This document shows, one piece after another, positions 29,553-39,036 of a DNA stretch of 64,000 bases. Source of the DNA: a virus (taxonomy: Duplodnaviria > Caudoviricetes); IMG/VR virus record IMGVR_UViG_2930438282_000004, positions 18,364 to 82,363 of that record; one strand, written 5' to 3'. Numbering within the stretch: position 1 is the first letter of the stretch; each line of letters opens with the position of its first letter. The notes under the pieces are model-generated. The model saw only the letters and a program-made list of their open reading frames with translations, was not told where the DNA came from and ran no database searches. A program made the position numbers and the translations under genes.

Positions 29553-29729
29553 ATGCAGTTCCCCGTGCAGGTCGCCCTCGCCCAGCTCGTACCGAAGCTG
29601 CCGACCGGGCCGGGCTGGTGGTACGAGATCAAGCTCGACGGCCACCGCGCGATCCTGTGGCGGACGGCAGAGGGCGTATGGCTCCAGGCGCGGTCGGGCC
29701 GTGACGTCACCGCATCCTGGATGGACATC
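29553..29729 (+). pseudogene. ATP-dependent DNA ligase, N-terminal fragment
   Basis: YEIKLDGHR adenylation motif and ARSGRD, after which homology stops. Confidence 0.85.
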
Positions 29730-30187
29730 CCCTCGCAGGAATGGATTCTCTCGAGGTGGTCCGGGTGTGGTGTGACGTGGGGTGAGGTGGATTCGTTGAG
29801 CTCTTGGGACTCGTTCTCGGGGCTGTGGCTCTGCGGCGGCGCCCATGGCGCCGACTGGGAGAAGACCAGGCAAACGGTGAAAGCAAAACTTTCAAGCCAT
29901 CAACGGTTGCCAATGATTCATATCGTTCACATCCTGTTCGCAGAAACCGCTGTCCTCAACTTGCCGCCTCAGCAAGGGGGTTGAGTGAGACATGGTAGGC
30001 AGGTTACGGGTGATCCTTTTGCGCCAGGCGTGAGGACGGTTGCTGTCTATCCCGCTTGGGTGCCCCTACCTTGATCGCCGGGCACGGTGGCGGATGTGAA
30101 CCCTCCGCCGCCGCCCATCAACCAGGCCTGTGCCCGCCTCTTCACATCCGCGAGAAGTTGGCATGGGCACTACATCGAGGGGATTCC

Positions 30188-30598
30188 ATGCGCCGTAGAG
30201 CCAATGCCACTCTCATCGCTCTTGCCATCGCAGCAGGATCTGTCATGTTCAGCGCGCCGGTAGCCTCGGCCGCCGCCTACTGTGACAGCTCCGGTTACAC
30301 CGCCACCAACGAGCCGATGGAGCGGTGCACCAAGCTGTCCAACGGCATTCTGATTGTCCATCAGAGTTCCAGCGGCGTCGTCAGCACCACGTACGCCAAG
30401 ACGGGCGGATCCACGATCTCCGCCCAGCTTGGCTACTCGCGCTCGGGGACCAGCCACTACGCCGGCGCCGTCTCCATCGCTTCGGGCCAGACGAAGTCCG
30501 CGACGTGGTCACTGTCGGCGAGCGCCTACTGCACAAGCACAATAGGCCTGCTTACGTACTCCGGCGGCTCGTACCAGACGCCTGCCTCGCACTGCTGA
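30188..30598 (+). CDS. Secreted Cys-containing beta protein
   Basis: Signal peptide ending ASA-A; four Cys. Confidence 0.75.
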   Translation: MRRRANATLIALAIAAGSVMFSAPVASAAAYCDSSGYTATNEPMERCTKLSNGILIVHQSSSGVVSTTYAKTGGSTISAQLGYSRSGTSHYAGAVSIASGQTKSATWSLSASAYCTSTIGLLTYSGGSYQTPASHC

Positions 30599-30688
30599 AC
30601 CAGAGACCCACAGGCCCCGTCTACCAAGGCGGGGCCTTCCCTCTCCCGGTCCCGCTCTCCTCGACACGACAACGCAAGGAACCGTGCC

Positions 30689-32092
30689 GTGTTTTCCGCC
30701 ATCTTTCAAGACCATGTCGGCTATCTGGCCGTCTGCACCCTGATCGGCCTCGTTTTCGGCGGCGCAGCATGGACGCTCGTCCGTAAGCGTGGAAACCCTC
30801 ACGGGGCATGGTGGGCCGGGCTCGCCTTCACTCTTACCGGCGTGCTCGGCGTCACTTTCATGGGCAGCGGCTCGGCCAGCGGTGTGTGCGTCCTCAACCA
30901 TCAATTCGCCGAGCCCTTCCACACCACGCAAGGGTTGTGGAACCTCGCCATGATGGTGCCCGTCGGCGCCTGCGCACTCTTGGCTGTCCGTCGCCCGTTG
31001 CCTGTCCTGGTCGGCGTCGTCGCGCTGCCCCTGGCCATCGAATTCACCCAGGCCACCGTCAACGGCCTGGGGCGCGTGTGTGACAGCGCGGACGCCGAGA
31101 TGAACATTATCGGCGGGTTGATCGGGTTCGCTGGTGTCGCGGTTGTTCTCGCAATCCGCCACTCGCTCGCCTGGCAGGCGGGTACCAAGGGCGCCCTGAT
31201 CGCTTTCGCGGCGCTGCTCCTCCTGGGCTCGGGAGTGGTGCGTCCAATGCTCAACTTTACGAACGTGGATGGCAGCACCCTCGTCGGTGCAAGTTCCGAC
31301 CAGAAACTGGCCGTTGCGGCTGCTGTCAAGGAGGCGTTCGGTGACCGCTACAAGATCGGCCAGCAGTACGAGCAGCCGTGCGTGGGCGCCGCATGCGCCA
31401 ACATCATCTTCAACCTGTACAGCCGCGAAGAGGGGCATTCCGAAGACTTCGGTAACGGCAGCCTTTCCTGGCCTGACAAGAAGCACCTGAACGTACAGCT
31501 GGAGAACAGCGACCGGCCTACCGCCCTGGGATACCCGGTGGGAGGTACGGAAGCCCCATCTACCGATGCAGCAGCCTCTCGAATCGCGAAGTCGTACGCT
31601 CAGCGACAGTATCCGTGGGCGATGGGTTCGACCATGAGTGAAACGTCTCCTGTGGGCGCAAAGGCCGAACTTGGTTGGATCACGAGCTGGAGATGGACTT
31701 ACAACGACGTGCTGATGCCCAGGATGCTGGACGTCCAGGTAGACAGGGCCGGGCATGTATCTCAGATTGACGTCACCCTCGGTCCGACCCGGGTCAACCT
31801 TCCCGAAGCCAAGCTTGACGCCAAGCGGGCCGAAAAGGAAGTAAACAGGGCGGTATCGGTACAACTCCAAGGCAATGGGAACACTGGAGCGGAATTCCAT
31901 ACCAAAGCAGTTACCGTAAAAGCGGTCGAGCAAGACGGTGCTTGGCAGCCGAACTGGCTTGTGAACGTGACGTGGCCCAGTAACGGAGCGAGCGATGATT
32001 CACAAGAGCAGGCACCGGTTGATATGTACCGCGTGAACGCCGTGACTGGGCAGGTGTACGACGCAGGCGGGCAGCCCCTCAAAACGAACTGA
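30689..32092 (+). CDS. VanZ-like membrane protein with large extracellular domain
   Basis: NLAMMVP..IEFTQ..GRVCDSAD..N..G; C-terminal PepSY-like VNAVTGQV. Confidence 0.8.
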   Translation: MFSAIFQDHVGYLAVCTLIGLVFGGAAWTLVRKRGNPHGAWWAGLAFTLTGVLGVTFMGSGSASGVCVLNHQFAEPFHTTQGLWNLAMMVPVGACALLAVRRPLPVLVGVVALPLAIEFTQATVNGLGRVCDSADAEMNIIGGLIGFAGVAVVLAIRHSLAWQAGTKGALIAFAALLLLGSGVVRPMLNFTNVDGSTLVGASSDQKLAVAAAVKEAFGDRYKIGQQYEQPCVGAACANIIFNLYSREEGHSEDFGNGSLSWPDKKHLNVQLENSDRPTALGYPVGGTEAPSTDAAASRIAKSYAQRQYPWAMGSTMSETSPVGAKAELGWITSWRWTYNDVLMPRMLDVQVDRAGHVSQIDVTLGPTRVNLPEAKLDAKRAEKEVNRAVSVQLQGNGNTGAEFHTKAVTVKAVEQDGAWQPNWLVNVTWPSNGASDDSQEQAPVDMYRVNAVTGQVYDAGGQPLKTN

Positions 32093-32128
32093 CACCCACG
32101 ACCAGCGCGTTGCGATCCTGGGCCACTT

Positions 32129-32161
32129 GGGCCTGTCCGGCGGATCTTACCGGACAGGCCC
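32129..32161. terminator. 12-bp perfect hairpin (terminator or collapsed IS5-like ends)
   Basis: GGGCCTGTCCGG-cggatctta-CCGGACAGGCCC. Confidence 0.5.
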
Positions 32162-32285
32162 GGGCCGCCGGGCGCTGTCCGCGCAGTAGCAGGCGGCGGC
32201 CACGAAACATCTCCAGCCGAAGCGTCTTCTGCATGGCCCTGGGGAACCAACGAACCCAGAGTGACCGATCTTCGGCGGTTCTCAC

Positions 32286-32957
32286 TCCGGAACTGTCCTC
32301 GACGGCGAGGCCGTGATCGTCGTCGACGGCGTGATCTCGTTCGAGGCCGCGCAGTCCCGCGCGGCCTCGGCGCCGGCTCGGGCGCTGCGGCTCGCTGAGC
32401 GGCATCCGGCCCTGCCCGTCGTCTGGGACGTCCTCGCGCTGCCAGGCCAGGACATGCGCGGCCGACCGTACGAGGAACGGCGCGCCGCAATGCTGGACGT
32501 GGTCGGACGGCTGCCGGAGCCGTCGAGGATCCAGGCCGTGTCGGCCTCGGACGATCCGGACGTTGCCCGCGCCTGGTACGACTCCCTCATCGACGCCGGC
32601 GTCGAGGGCGTCGTCGCGAAACGCGCAACGTCGACGTACCGGCCGGGCCGCTCATCGTCCTGGCAGAAGGTCCGCCACGCCGAAACGGTCGACGCGGACG
32701 TCGTCGGATACACCGGCCCGGCGCTCCGGCCGAAGGCGCTCGCCGTCCGCCTCCCCGATGGGCGAACAGCTCTGACGCAGAAGCTGACCGCTCGGCTCGC
32801 CGCGTTGGTCGGCCCGCATCTGGCAGCCACCGGGCCGGCCGGGCGAGCGCACACGGACGCCGGGGACAGGTACACCGTGGCGCCGCCCGGGCTCGTGATC
32901 GAAGTGCTGGCGGGTACGACGCGGCATGCGGTCGTCACGGCTACGCGTCTGCGCTGA
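32286..32957 (+). pseudogene. ATP-dependent DNA ligase, C-terminal fragment
   Basis: GTVLDGE, WDVL, EGVVAK, WQKVR ligase motifs. Confidence 0.85.
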
Positions 32958-33131
32958 CAGCTTGCCTCCGGGGCGGGGGAGCACACGATCTGGCAGCCGG
33001 GGATCACACGGCGCCCTGCGCTAATTGGTGTGCGCTCAGCGGCAAAGACTTTGCGGCTGGAACGACGAAGCATCTAGTCGGGCGCCAGTACCGGTTCAGG
33101 CGCCCGAGAGCCTCGAATCGAGAGGAAGAAA

Positions 33132-33521
33132 GTGCGAATTCGATCAAGCGTGGCACGGCTGACGGCAGCTGTCGCCGTCACCGTCGGGGCAATCGCCGCC
33201 ACGACGGCCGCTCCGGCTTCGGCCGCGCCGTCTGCCGTCAACACGCGCGCCTGTCCCAGCCAGTACTTCTGCGCCTATCACACCAGTGGGGACAACTATC
33301 CGTGCAAGTGGAAGGACGACGCCCCCAACTGGGACAATTGCTCCTGGGTCCAGGATGGGAAGTTCACGTACGCCGTCTACAACAACGGCACCTCGGGCAG
33401 GGGCGTGACGATGTATCGATACCACAACTACAGCAGTCCAATTGGGGCCTGCGTCAAGCGCGGGCAGGTGGTTTATCTCGCAAACAACTACAGCCCTGGC
33501 TCATCCAAGTGGAACTGTTGA
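33132..33521 (+). CDS. Secreted peptidase inhibitor I36-like protein
   Basis: Signal peptide, CPSQYFCAY, VYNNG...YRYHNY. Confidence 0.75.
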   Translation: MRIRSSVARLTAAVAVTVGAIAATTAAPASAAPSAVNTRACPSQYFCAYHTSGDNYPCKWKDDAPNWDNCSWVQDGKFTYAVYNNGTSGRGVTMYRYHNYSSPIGACVKRGQVVYLANNYSPGSSKWNC

Positions 33522-33673
33522 CGACCTGATCGGCGCTGCACGCGGGCAGCACGAAGCCCCCGCCGAAGACGGCGGGGGCTGTACACCACGGCATGCGATC
33601 GAGACCGTGACCCGGTCGCGGTGATCGACGTGGTGAACGGCACGGCGGAGGCGAGGCGTTGGGATGCACGTGA

Positions 33674-33716
33674 TTCGTACTCGATACATGCTTGCGTTTC
33701 GTACTCGATACATGCT
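33674..33716 (+). promoter_or_regulatory. Tandem 19-bp direct repeat upstream of PadR
   Basis: TTCGTACTCGATACATGCT at 33674 and 33698. Confidence 0.7.
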
Positions 33717-33727
33717 CCACTGATGGC

Positions 33728-34042
33728 ATGACGAACATCCGGCTCACAAAGCCGACGATCGCCGTCCTGGAGACACTGCTCTCCGCGACGAGCGACGCCC
33801 CAGCCTGGGGCCTCAGCATCTGCCGCGACGCCGACCTCGGACCCGGCACCGTCTACCCCATCCTCGACCGGCTCACCGAACGCGGCTGGATCACCAGCCA
33901 CGAAGAGACCGGCCCCCACCCCGGCCGCCCTGCCCGCCGCTTCTACGAACTCACCGGCGTCGGCCGGCGATCGGCATTGGAGGCGCTGGAGTCCCGAAGG
34001 GCCCGCCGGTTTGGCCTTGGTTTGACAGGTGGAACCTCGTGA
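33728..34042 (+). CDS. PadR-family regulator
   Basis: GTVYPILDRL..GWI..RPARRFYELT. Confidence 0.92.
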   Translation: MTNIRLTKPTIAVLETLLSATSDAPAWGLSICRDADLGPGTVYPILDRLTERGWITSHEETGPHPGRPARRFYELTGVGRRSALEALESRRARRFGLGLTGGTS

Positions 34043-34788
34043 GCCAGAGCCTTCCTTTCATGCTGTCTTGGTCGAGCGCAGCCCGTAGAGGACTGAAACG
34101 TCTAGGCCCCGTAGGCGCGGAGCGCGTCGTACGCGGGGTGACGGCGTTGCCGTCATCGCCTGTCTTCGCGGCGTCGAAGACGGGGGACGTTTTCACCTTG
34201 ACCATGAACTCCCGCACGCCATTAGGTAACTCCCATCTATGGCACCCCGGTGCGTTGATCACGGTGATTCCGGATCTTGAGCGCAGGCTCTTGCGGATCA
34301 GAAAGGTTGCGGTGCTTCCGATTGGCCAACTGACGCCGCAGGCACCGTTGAGGACTGCGCGCTCTGCGACAGACCTTGCCGTGCGCCTCGCAGGTCCAGC
34401 TCGATCTCACCTACGCGAAGAGTGGGGCGCGCTGCTGGCTGGGTCTCCCGAGGAGGGGATGTCGCTTTCTCGGATGCATCAGCAGGTACTTGCCCTAGGC
34501 TTCCTCGTCGCTGCGCTCAGGATGCGGGTGCGTGACGGCGTACGGCCTGCGTGGCGGCCCGTCGACTGGCTACTTCGCGTTCAATCCCGCACCAACGCTT
34601 TCATCGCCGCTGTTGTGGGCGCCCAGGCGGTCTACATCGTCGGGGATGGTGGCCTGGGGGCACTTGCGACTGAGGTATGGGAGCCGTGCGGTGCTGCGGG
34701 TGCTTCGCTGTTCCTCCTGGCGCGTTGGCTCCGTCGCGTGCGCGGCATCGAGCTGGCGACATCGGAGTCTGAGCCTGCGGATGAGTAG
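34039..34788 (+). CDS. Membrane protein with RelE/ParE-like N-terminal region
   Basis: LSWSSAARRGLKRL...VTALPSSP; REEW motif; C-terminal hydrophobic segments; GTGA coupling to padR. Confidence 0.7.
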   Translation: MSQSLPFMLSWSSAARRGLKRLGPVGAERVVRGVTALPSSPVFAASKTGDVFTLTMNSRTPLGNSHLWHPGALITVIPDLERRLLRIRKVAVLPIGQLTPQAPLRTARSATDLAVRLAGPARSHLREEWGALLAGSPEEGMSLSRMHQQVLALGFLVAALRMRVRDGVRPAWRPVDWLLRVQSRTNAFIAAVVGAQAVYIVGDGGLGALATEVWEPCGAAGASLFLLARWLRRVRGIELATSESEPADE

Positions 34789-34831
34789 AACGAAGCCGCC
34801 CGCCTCATGTCCCCCGTGGCGGGCGGCTCGT
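34789..34831. terminator. Probably bidirectional terminator hairpin
   Basis: AGCCGCCCGCC...GGCGGGCGGCT between convergent units. Confidence 0.7.
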
Positions 34832-34840
34832 GCCGTAGGT

Positions 34841-35035
34841 GTGCAGAGATCAGGGTCGGCGGCGGCGCACTGTAGGTGTCCTGGGCCGCTAGACGACACC
34901 GGCCGGGGCCGGCGGCGGGATTCGAACCCGCGTTGCTTCGGGCGCCTGCCGATCGTGACCTCAAGCTGCATGGTGGTGGGAGCCCTGATGTAGGCACTTC
35001 CAGGCGCCCTGCCGGATTCCCCTGGTTTCTGCGAC
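34841..35035 (-). ncRNA. Y-RNA (YrlA)-like ncRNA with permuted tRNA module (core 34878-34931; ends uncertain)
   Basis: Minus strand: GCGGG-TTCGAAT-CCCGC, CGCCGGC-cccg-GCCGGTG, TC, GTCT-AGCGGCCCA-GGAC; flanks can pair. Confidence 0.7.
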
Positions 35036-35044
35036 CATCGGCCA

Positions 35045-36445
35045 ATGGTCGACATTAGGGATCGTTCGGCGCTCCGTACACTGGTCGGCGAGGTCGTCGC
35101 GGGTCTTGGTCACTTGACTCACCGCGACCTGACCCCGGCCTTCGAGCAGCTGGGCATGCCACTGGTCCCTGAGGATGCCGGGAGCAAGCGCGAGCGGATT
35201 GAGCTGAGCCTCAGTCAGGTGTCGGCAGCTGAGCTGCCGAAGGTGGCGCGCCGCGTCTTGGAGACGAGTCGCGTCTACGTGAGGGCGTCGATCCGCTATC
35301 AGATAGAAGACCTGTTGTGGGAAGAGGAAGCACCGCACGAGATCCCCAAAAAGTTCCGCCGCGAGTTGGCGCGCGCGCTCGACCTTTCGGAGCTCGCCCA
35401 GCACCACGCTCCCTTCATGCGGCTACTTGACCGGCTTTGGATATCTGAGGAACCAGGCCCCCTCCTCGGTGATCTACTGAACGGGAGACGGCCGGCGACG
35501 CTGACAGACCGCATTGAACGGCATGTTTTCCGCAACCCCGGGGACTGGTCAACAGAAGTCCTTTTCGAGAACCTCGGTGTGTTCGAGGCCGGGGACGCCA
35601 GATTCGCCCGTTTCCTAGAGGGCCTGGTATCAGCAGACGTTCTCCTCGATGAGGACCTCCAGATGGCGACCGTCGGCACGATCAATAGCCGTCTCCGTGG
35701 CGCTGGACTGGAGTTGAGACTAACCGGCAATGACGGCGGCTATCCGCTGTTCACAGTGGTGTCGACGCGACTGCATGGCAACCGGCGACCGAAGAACATC
35801 ATTTTTGCCTCTCTCGTCAAGCCGGACATCCGTTTCCAGTCCTCGTTGGACAACGACATCGAGATCGTCGGAGGGAACCCGGACGACATTCTCGTCTATG
35901 ACCGGGAGATCCCTACTGAGGGCTTGCGCTGGCGTGATGTGCATGCCTGGTGGCAAGAAACCCGCAAGTTTGGCAGCGAAGTCGACGCCAGGAAGGACCT
36001 CTACCAACGACTCCTTAAGAGCCTGCCGAAGAACTCGGATGGCCAGAAGAATCTCTTCATCGCCTACCACGAGATTCTCAAACCATCAGTCGAGGTGCCG
36101 GCTCTCCTGCCTGAAGTGTGGCTGCACTGGGACCACAAGACGGTTCAAGAGCGTGGCCCTGAGGCGTTGCTCCGCTCTCGCATGGATTTCCTCCTGCTAC
36201 TGCCTCATGGGCAGCGCGTCGTTCTCGAGGTCGATGGTTCGCAGCACTACACCCGCGACCGCGGCCGCACCCCGGACACCACCAAGTACGCGGAGATGGT
36301 AGCCGCCGACCGCGACCTAAAGCTCAGAGGGTACGAAGTGTTCCGCTTCGGACACGACGAACTGAAAGACATTGATGCCGCCCGAGCCCTTCTTCGACAG
36401 TTCCTCCCGGACATGTTCCGCCGATTCAGGGTGAGCAATTACTGA
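35045..36445 (+). CDS. AbiJ-N-terminal-like protein with C-terminal DUF559/Vsr-like endonuclease
   Basis: HVFRNPGDWSTEVLFENLG..RFLEGL; RMDFLL..VLEVDGSQHY..DRDLKLRGYEVFRF. Confidence 0.8.
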   Translation: MVDIRDRSALRTLVGEVVAGLGHLTHRDLTPAFEQLGMPLVPEDAGSKRERIELSLSQVSAAELPKVARRVLETSRVYVRASIRYQIEDLLWEEEAPHEIPKKFRRELARALDLSELAQHHAPFMRLLDRLWISEEPGPLLGDLLNGRRPATLTDRIERHVFRNPGDWSTEVLFENLGVFEAGDARFARFLEGLVSADVLLDEDLQMATVGTINSRLRGAGLELRLTGNDGGYPLFTVVSTRLHGNRRPKNIIFASLVKPDIRFQSSLDNDIEIVGGNPDDILVYDREIPTEGLRWRDVHAWWQETRKFGSEVDARKDLYQRLLKSLPKNSDGQKNLFIAYHEILKPSVEVPALLPEVWLHWDHKTVQERGPEALLRSRMDFLLLLPHGQRVVLEVDGSQHYTRDRGRTPDTTKYAEMVAADRDLKLRGYEVFRFGHDELKDIDAARALLRQFLPDMFRRFRVSNY

Positions 36446-36603
36446 CGCTTCAGCGTTGCGCATATCAGAGTTGGTCCCTGACAGTGAGCCTTTTCCAACC
36501 TAAGGGCTGTCCCGTAATCGATCACGGGTCGCTGTCTTGTGCGCGGCACATGATGGAGGGTTCGCAGGTCACAGGTCCGTTGGCCAAGCCGTAGCATGCC
36601 TTC

Positions 36604-37311
36604 GTGACGCGGCCCTGGACGATGCGCAAGATGGCGGATGAGTTTGCACAGTTGCTCGGGATGGCTCCTGCCGGTGTGGACGGCGGCAACCTCACGTTCG
36701 CAAGGGGAGACTTGCAGTCCACACTCTCGATCTGGAAAGACCGCTACGACCGGGCGGTCTTCGGCTGGATGGTCGTCACCTACGACACCGCCCTCCATGA
36801 CCAGATGGAGAGCTTCGGCGGAATGAGCATCCGGATCGACCACCCCACGCCAAGCGGCGAAGCGAACCCGACCAATATCCCCCCGGAGGCCCGGTATCCC
36901 TGGCCTGCGAGTGGAAGTCCCCTGGGGAGGGAGGCCACTGCCGCCGTCACTGAGTACGGGCCTCCCTCCTTGCACTTCGTCCGCGACCGCCACGACCTGG
37001 GCCTGCTCCTGCTGGCAGATACCCACGTTCACCGCGACAGCGTCTGGGCTTTCGCACCGACCAACAACGAGCCTGGACGGCTTGCACAGGCGATCTTGCT
37101 TGCCCGGCACTACGGGGACCAAGAACTGGAACGGGCGGCCGTGGCCAAGCTGCGGAAGCGAGGCGAGGAACCTGTGGCGCCCTGGCCCGACTACCTCTTC
37201 CGACAAGCCGTCGCCGACTGGGCCAAGCAGTTCTCCAAGGCCACCGGGATCGACCTTGGCGACTTGGCCAAGCTCAAGCAGAAACGCCCTCACTATCCCG
37301 AGGCCCCGTAA
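36604..37311 (+). CDS. Hypothetical passenger protein
   Basis: 235-aa ORF with coding-like GC3 inside the IS ends. Confidence 0.75.
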   Translation: MTRPWTMRKMADEFAQLLGMAPAGVDGGNLTFARGDLQSTLSIWKDRYDRAVFGWMVVTYDTALHDQMESFGGMSIRIDHPTPSGEANPTNIPPEARYPWPASGSPLGREATAAVTEYGPPSLHFVRDRHDLGLLLLADTHVHRDSVWAFAPTNNEPGRLAQAILLARHYGDQELERAAVAKLRKRGEEPVAPWPDYLFRQAVADWAKQFSKATGIDLGDLAKLKQKRPHYPEAP

Positions 37312-37361
37312 TCTCAAGGTCACCGTTCCAGTGCTTCCTTATCCGGCAGCATGATCTCCAT

Positions 37362-38138
37362 GTGGCTGCCGTGATCACATCCTCGGAACCGTGCTGGATA
37401 ACCCCGTTCACGGGGCTGACCCCGCAAAGCTTCAACAAACTCGTTGCCGCATTGCGCAGAGGCGGCGCCGACGGTGTACGGCGCGGACGGCCCTGGAGCC
37501 TTCCTCTGGAAGGCCGCGTGCTCCTCGTGGCTGCGTACTGGCGCACCAACCTCACCATGCGCCAGCTGGCACCGCTCTTCGGGATCTCCAAGTCTGCCGC
37601 TGATCGCATCATCGACCACATGGCTCCTCTGCTGGCCCTGCAACAGCGCAGGCGCTTCAGCGACGCCACCGTGCTGATCGTCGACGGCACCTTAGTGCCC
37701 ACACGCGATCACACCGTGGCTGAGCAGTCGAAAAACTATCGGTACTCCACCAATCACCAGGTAGTCGTCGACGCCGACACTCGGCTCGTCGTTGTGGTCG
37801 GCCGGCCCCTGCCCGGCAACCGCAACGACTGCATAGCGTGGGAGCTGTCCGGCGCAAAGGCCGCCGTCGGCAACGCCACAGTGATTGCCGACGGCGGCTA
37901 CCGGGGCACCGGCCTGGTCATCCCACATCGCCGTGAGCGCGACCAGGCCCGACTCCCAGGCTGGAAAGAAGAACACAACCGCTCGCACCGACATGTCCGC
38001 GCTCGTGTCGAGCATGTCTTCGCCCGCATGAAGTGCTGGAAGATCCTTCGCGACTGCCGCTTGAAAGGCGACGGCGTTTACCATGCCGTGCTCGGCATCG
38101 CTCACCTTCACAACCTCACCGTCGTCCGGCCCAGGTGA
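37362..38138 (+). CDS. IS5-family DDE transposase
   Basis: IVDGT, ADGGY, RARVEH. Confidence 0.92.
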   Translation: MAAVITSSEPCWITPFTGLTPQSFNKLVAALRRGGADGVRRGRPWSLPLEGRVLLVAAYWRTNLTMRQLAPLFGISKSAADRIIDHMAPLLALQQRRRFSDATVLIVDGTLVPTRDHTVAEQSKNYRYSTNHQVVVDADTRLVVVVGRPLPGNRNDCIAWELSGAKAAVGNATVIADGGYRGTGLVIPHRRERDQARLPGWKEEHNRSHRHVRARVEHVFARMKCWKILRDCRLKGDGVYHAVLGIAHLHNLTVVRPR

Positions 38139-38263
38139 TCATTGCGGGACAAGCCTTAGTCGCGTGTGAGGCGAGTTGGATTGGTACCCGGTCGGCCGGT
38201 ATGGCGAAGCTCCTGATAGATGAGTTCACGACCAAGATCACTCGATCGACCAGGAGCTTCGTC

Positions 38264-39025
38264 ATGCTTGTCTACCCGTCCGGGATCGACCTGTCCAGCC
38301 GGACCCTGCGGCTGCTGTCCGAACGACTTGCCGCTCGCCGCCGTGACCAGGGGACCCGGTGGCGGCGCCTGCCGGTCGGTCGGCAGGCCCTGCTCGTGCT
38401 GGCCCACCTTCGGTGCGGCGACACCTACGCGACACTGGCCGCCGGGTTAGGCGTCGGGATCGCCACCGTCTGCCGCTACATTCGCGAGGCCGTCGAGTTG
38501 CTGGCCGCCCTCGCGCCCACTCTCGATGAGGCCATCGAGCAGGCCCGATCGAAGGCGTACGTGATCCTGGACGGGACACTGTTGCCCATCGATCGTATCG
38601 CTGCCGACCGGCCGTTCTACTCCGGCAAGCACAAGAAGCACGGCATGAATGTCCAGGTGCTGACCGACCCGTTCGGGCGTCTGTTGTGGGCTTCGCCCGC
38701 ACTGCCAGGAGCCACCCACGACCTGACCGCCGCCCGCACCCACGGCATCGTCGACGCCCTGACCAAGGCCGATCTTGCCTGCTGGGCGGACAAGGGCTAT
38801 CAGGGCGCCGGAGGCACGATCCGGGTGCCGTTCCGCGGTCGGCACCGCAACCTGCCGACAGGCCAGCAGGCGGTGAACGTCGCTCACGCCCGCATCCGGG
38901 GTATCGGCGAACAGGCCATGGCCACCCTCAAGAACTGGCGCCTGCTGCGCAAGCTGCGCTGCAGCACCACCCGCATCACCAGCCTGGTGCAAGCCATCCT
39001 GACACTCCACCACGCGTCGGCATGA
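38264..39025 (+). CDS. IS5-family DDE transposase
   Basis: ILDGT, YSGKHK, ADKGY, GEQAMATLKNWR. Confidence 0.92.
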   Translation: MLVYPSGIDLSSRTLRLLSERLAARRRDQGTRWRRLPVGRQALLVLAHLRCGDTYATLAAGLGVGIATVCRYIREAVELLAALAPTLDEAIEQARSKAYVILDGTLLPIDRIAADRPFYSGKHKKHGMNVQVLTDPFGRLLWASPALPGATHDLTAARTHGIVDALTKADLACWADKGYQGAGGTIRVPFRGRHRNLPTGQQAVNVAHARIRGIGEQAMATLKNWRLLRKLRCSTTRITSLVQAILTLHHASA

Positions 39026-39036
39026 GCACGTTTGAC

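Larger units (their letters stand above)
36503..38156 (+). mobile_element. Inner IS5-family element with passenger gene
   Basis: TIRs AGGGCTGTCCCGTAATCGATCA / TGATCATTGCGGGACAAGCCT; TA on both flanks. Confidence 0.75.

Noticed and set aside
34878-34931. Ordinary tRNA gene, att-site fragment or two-piece tmRNA
   Set aside because: The halves are in permuted order, there is no anticodon arm or CCA, and there is no G3:U70 pair or tag reading frame
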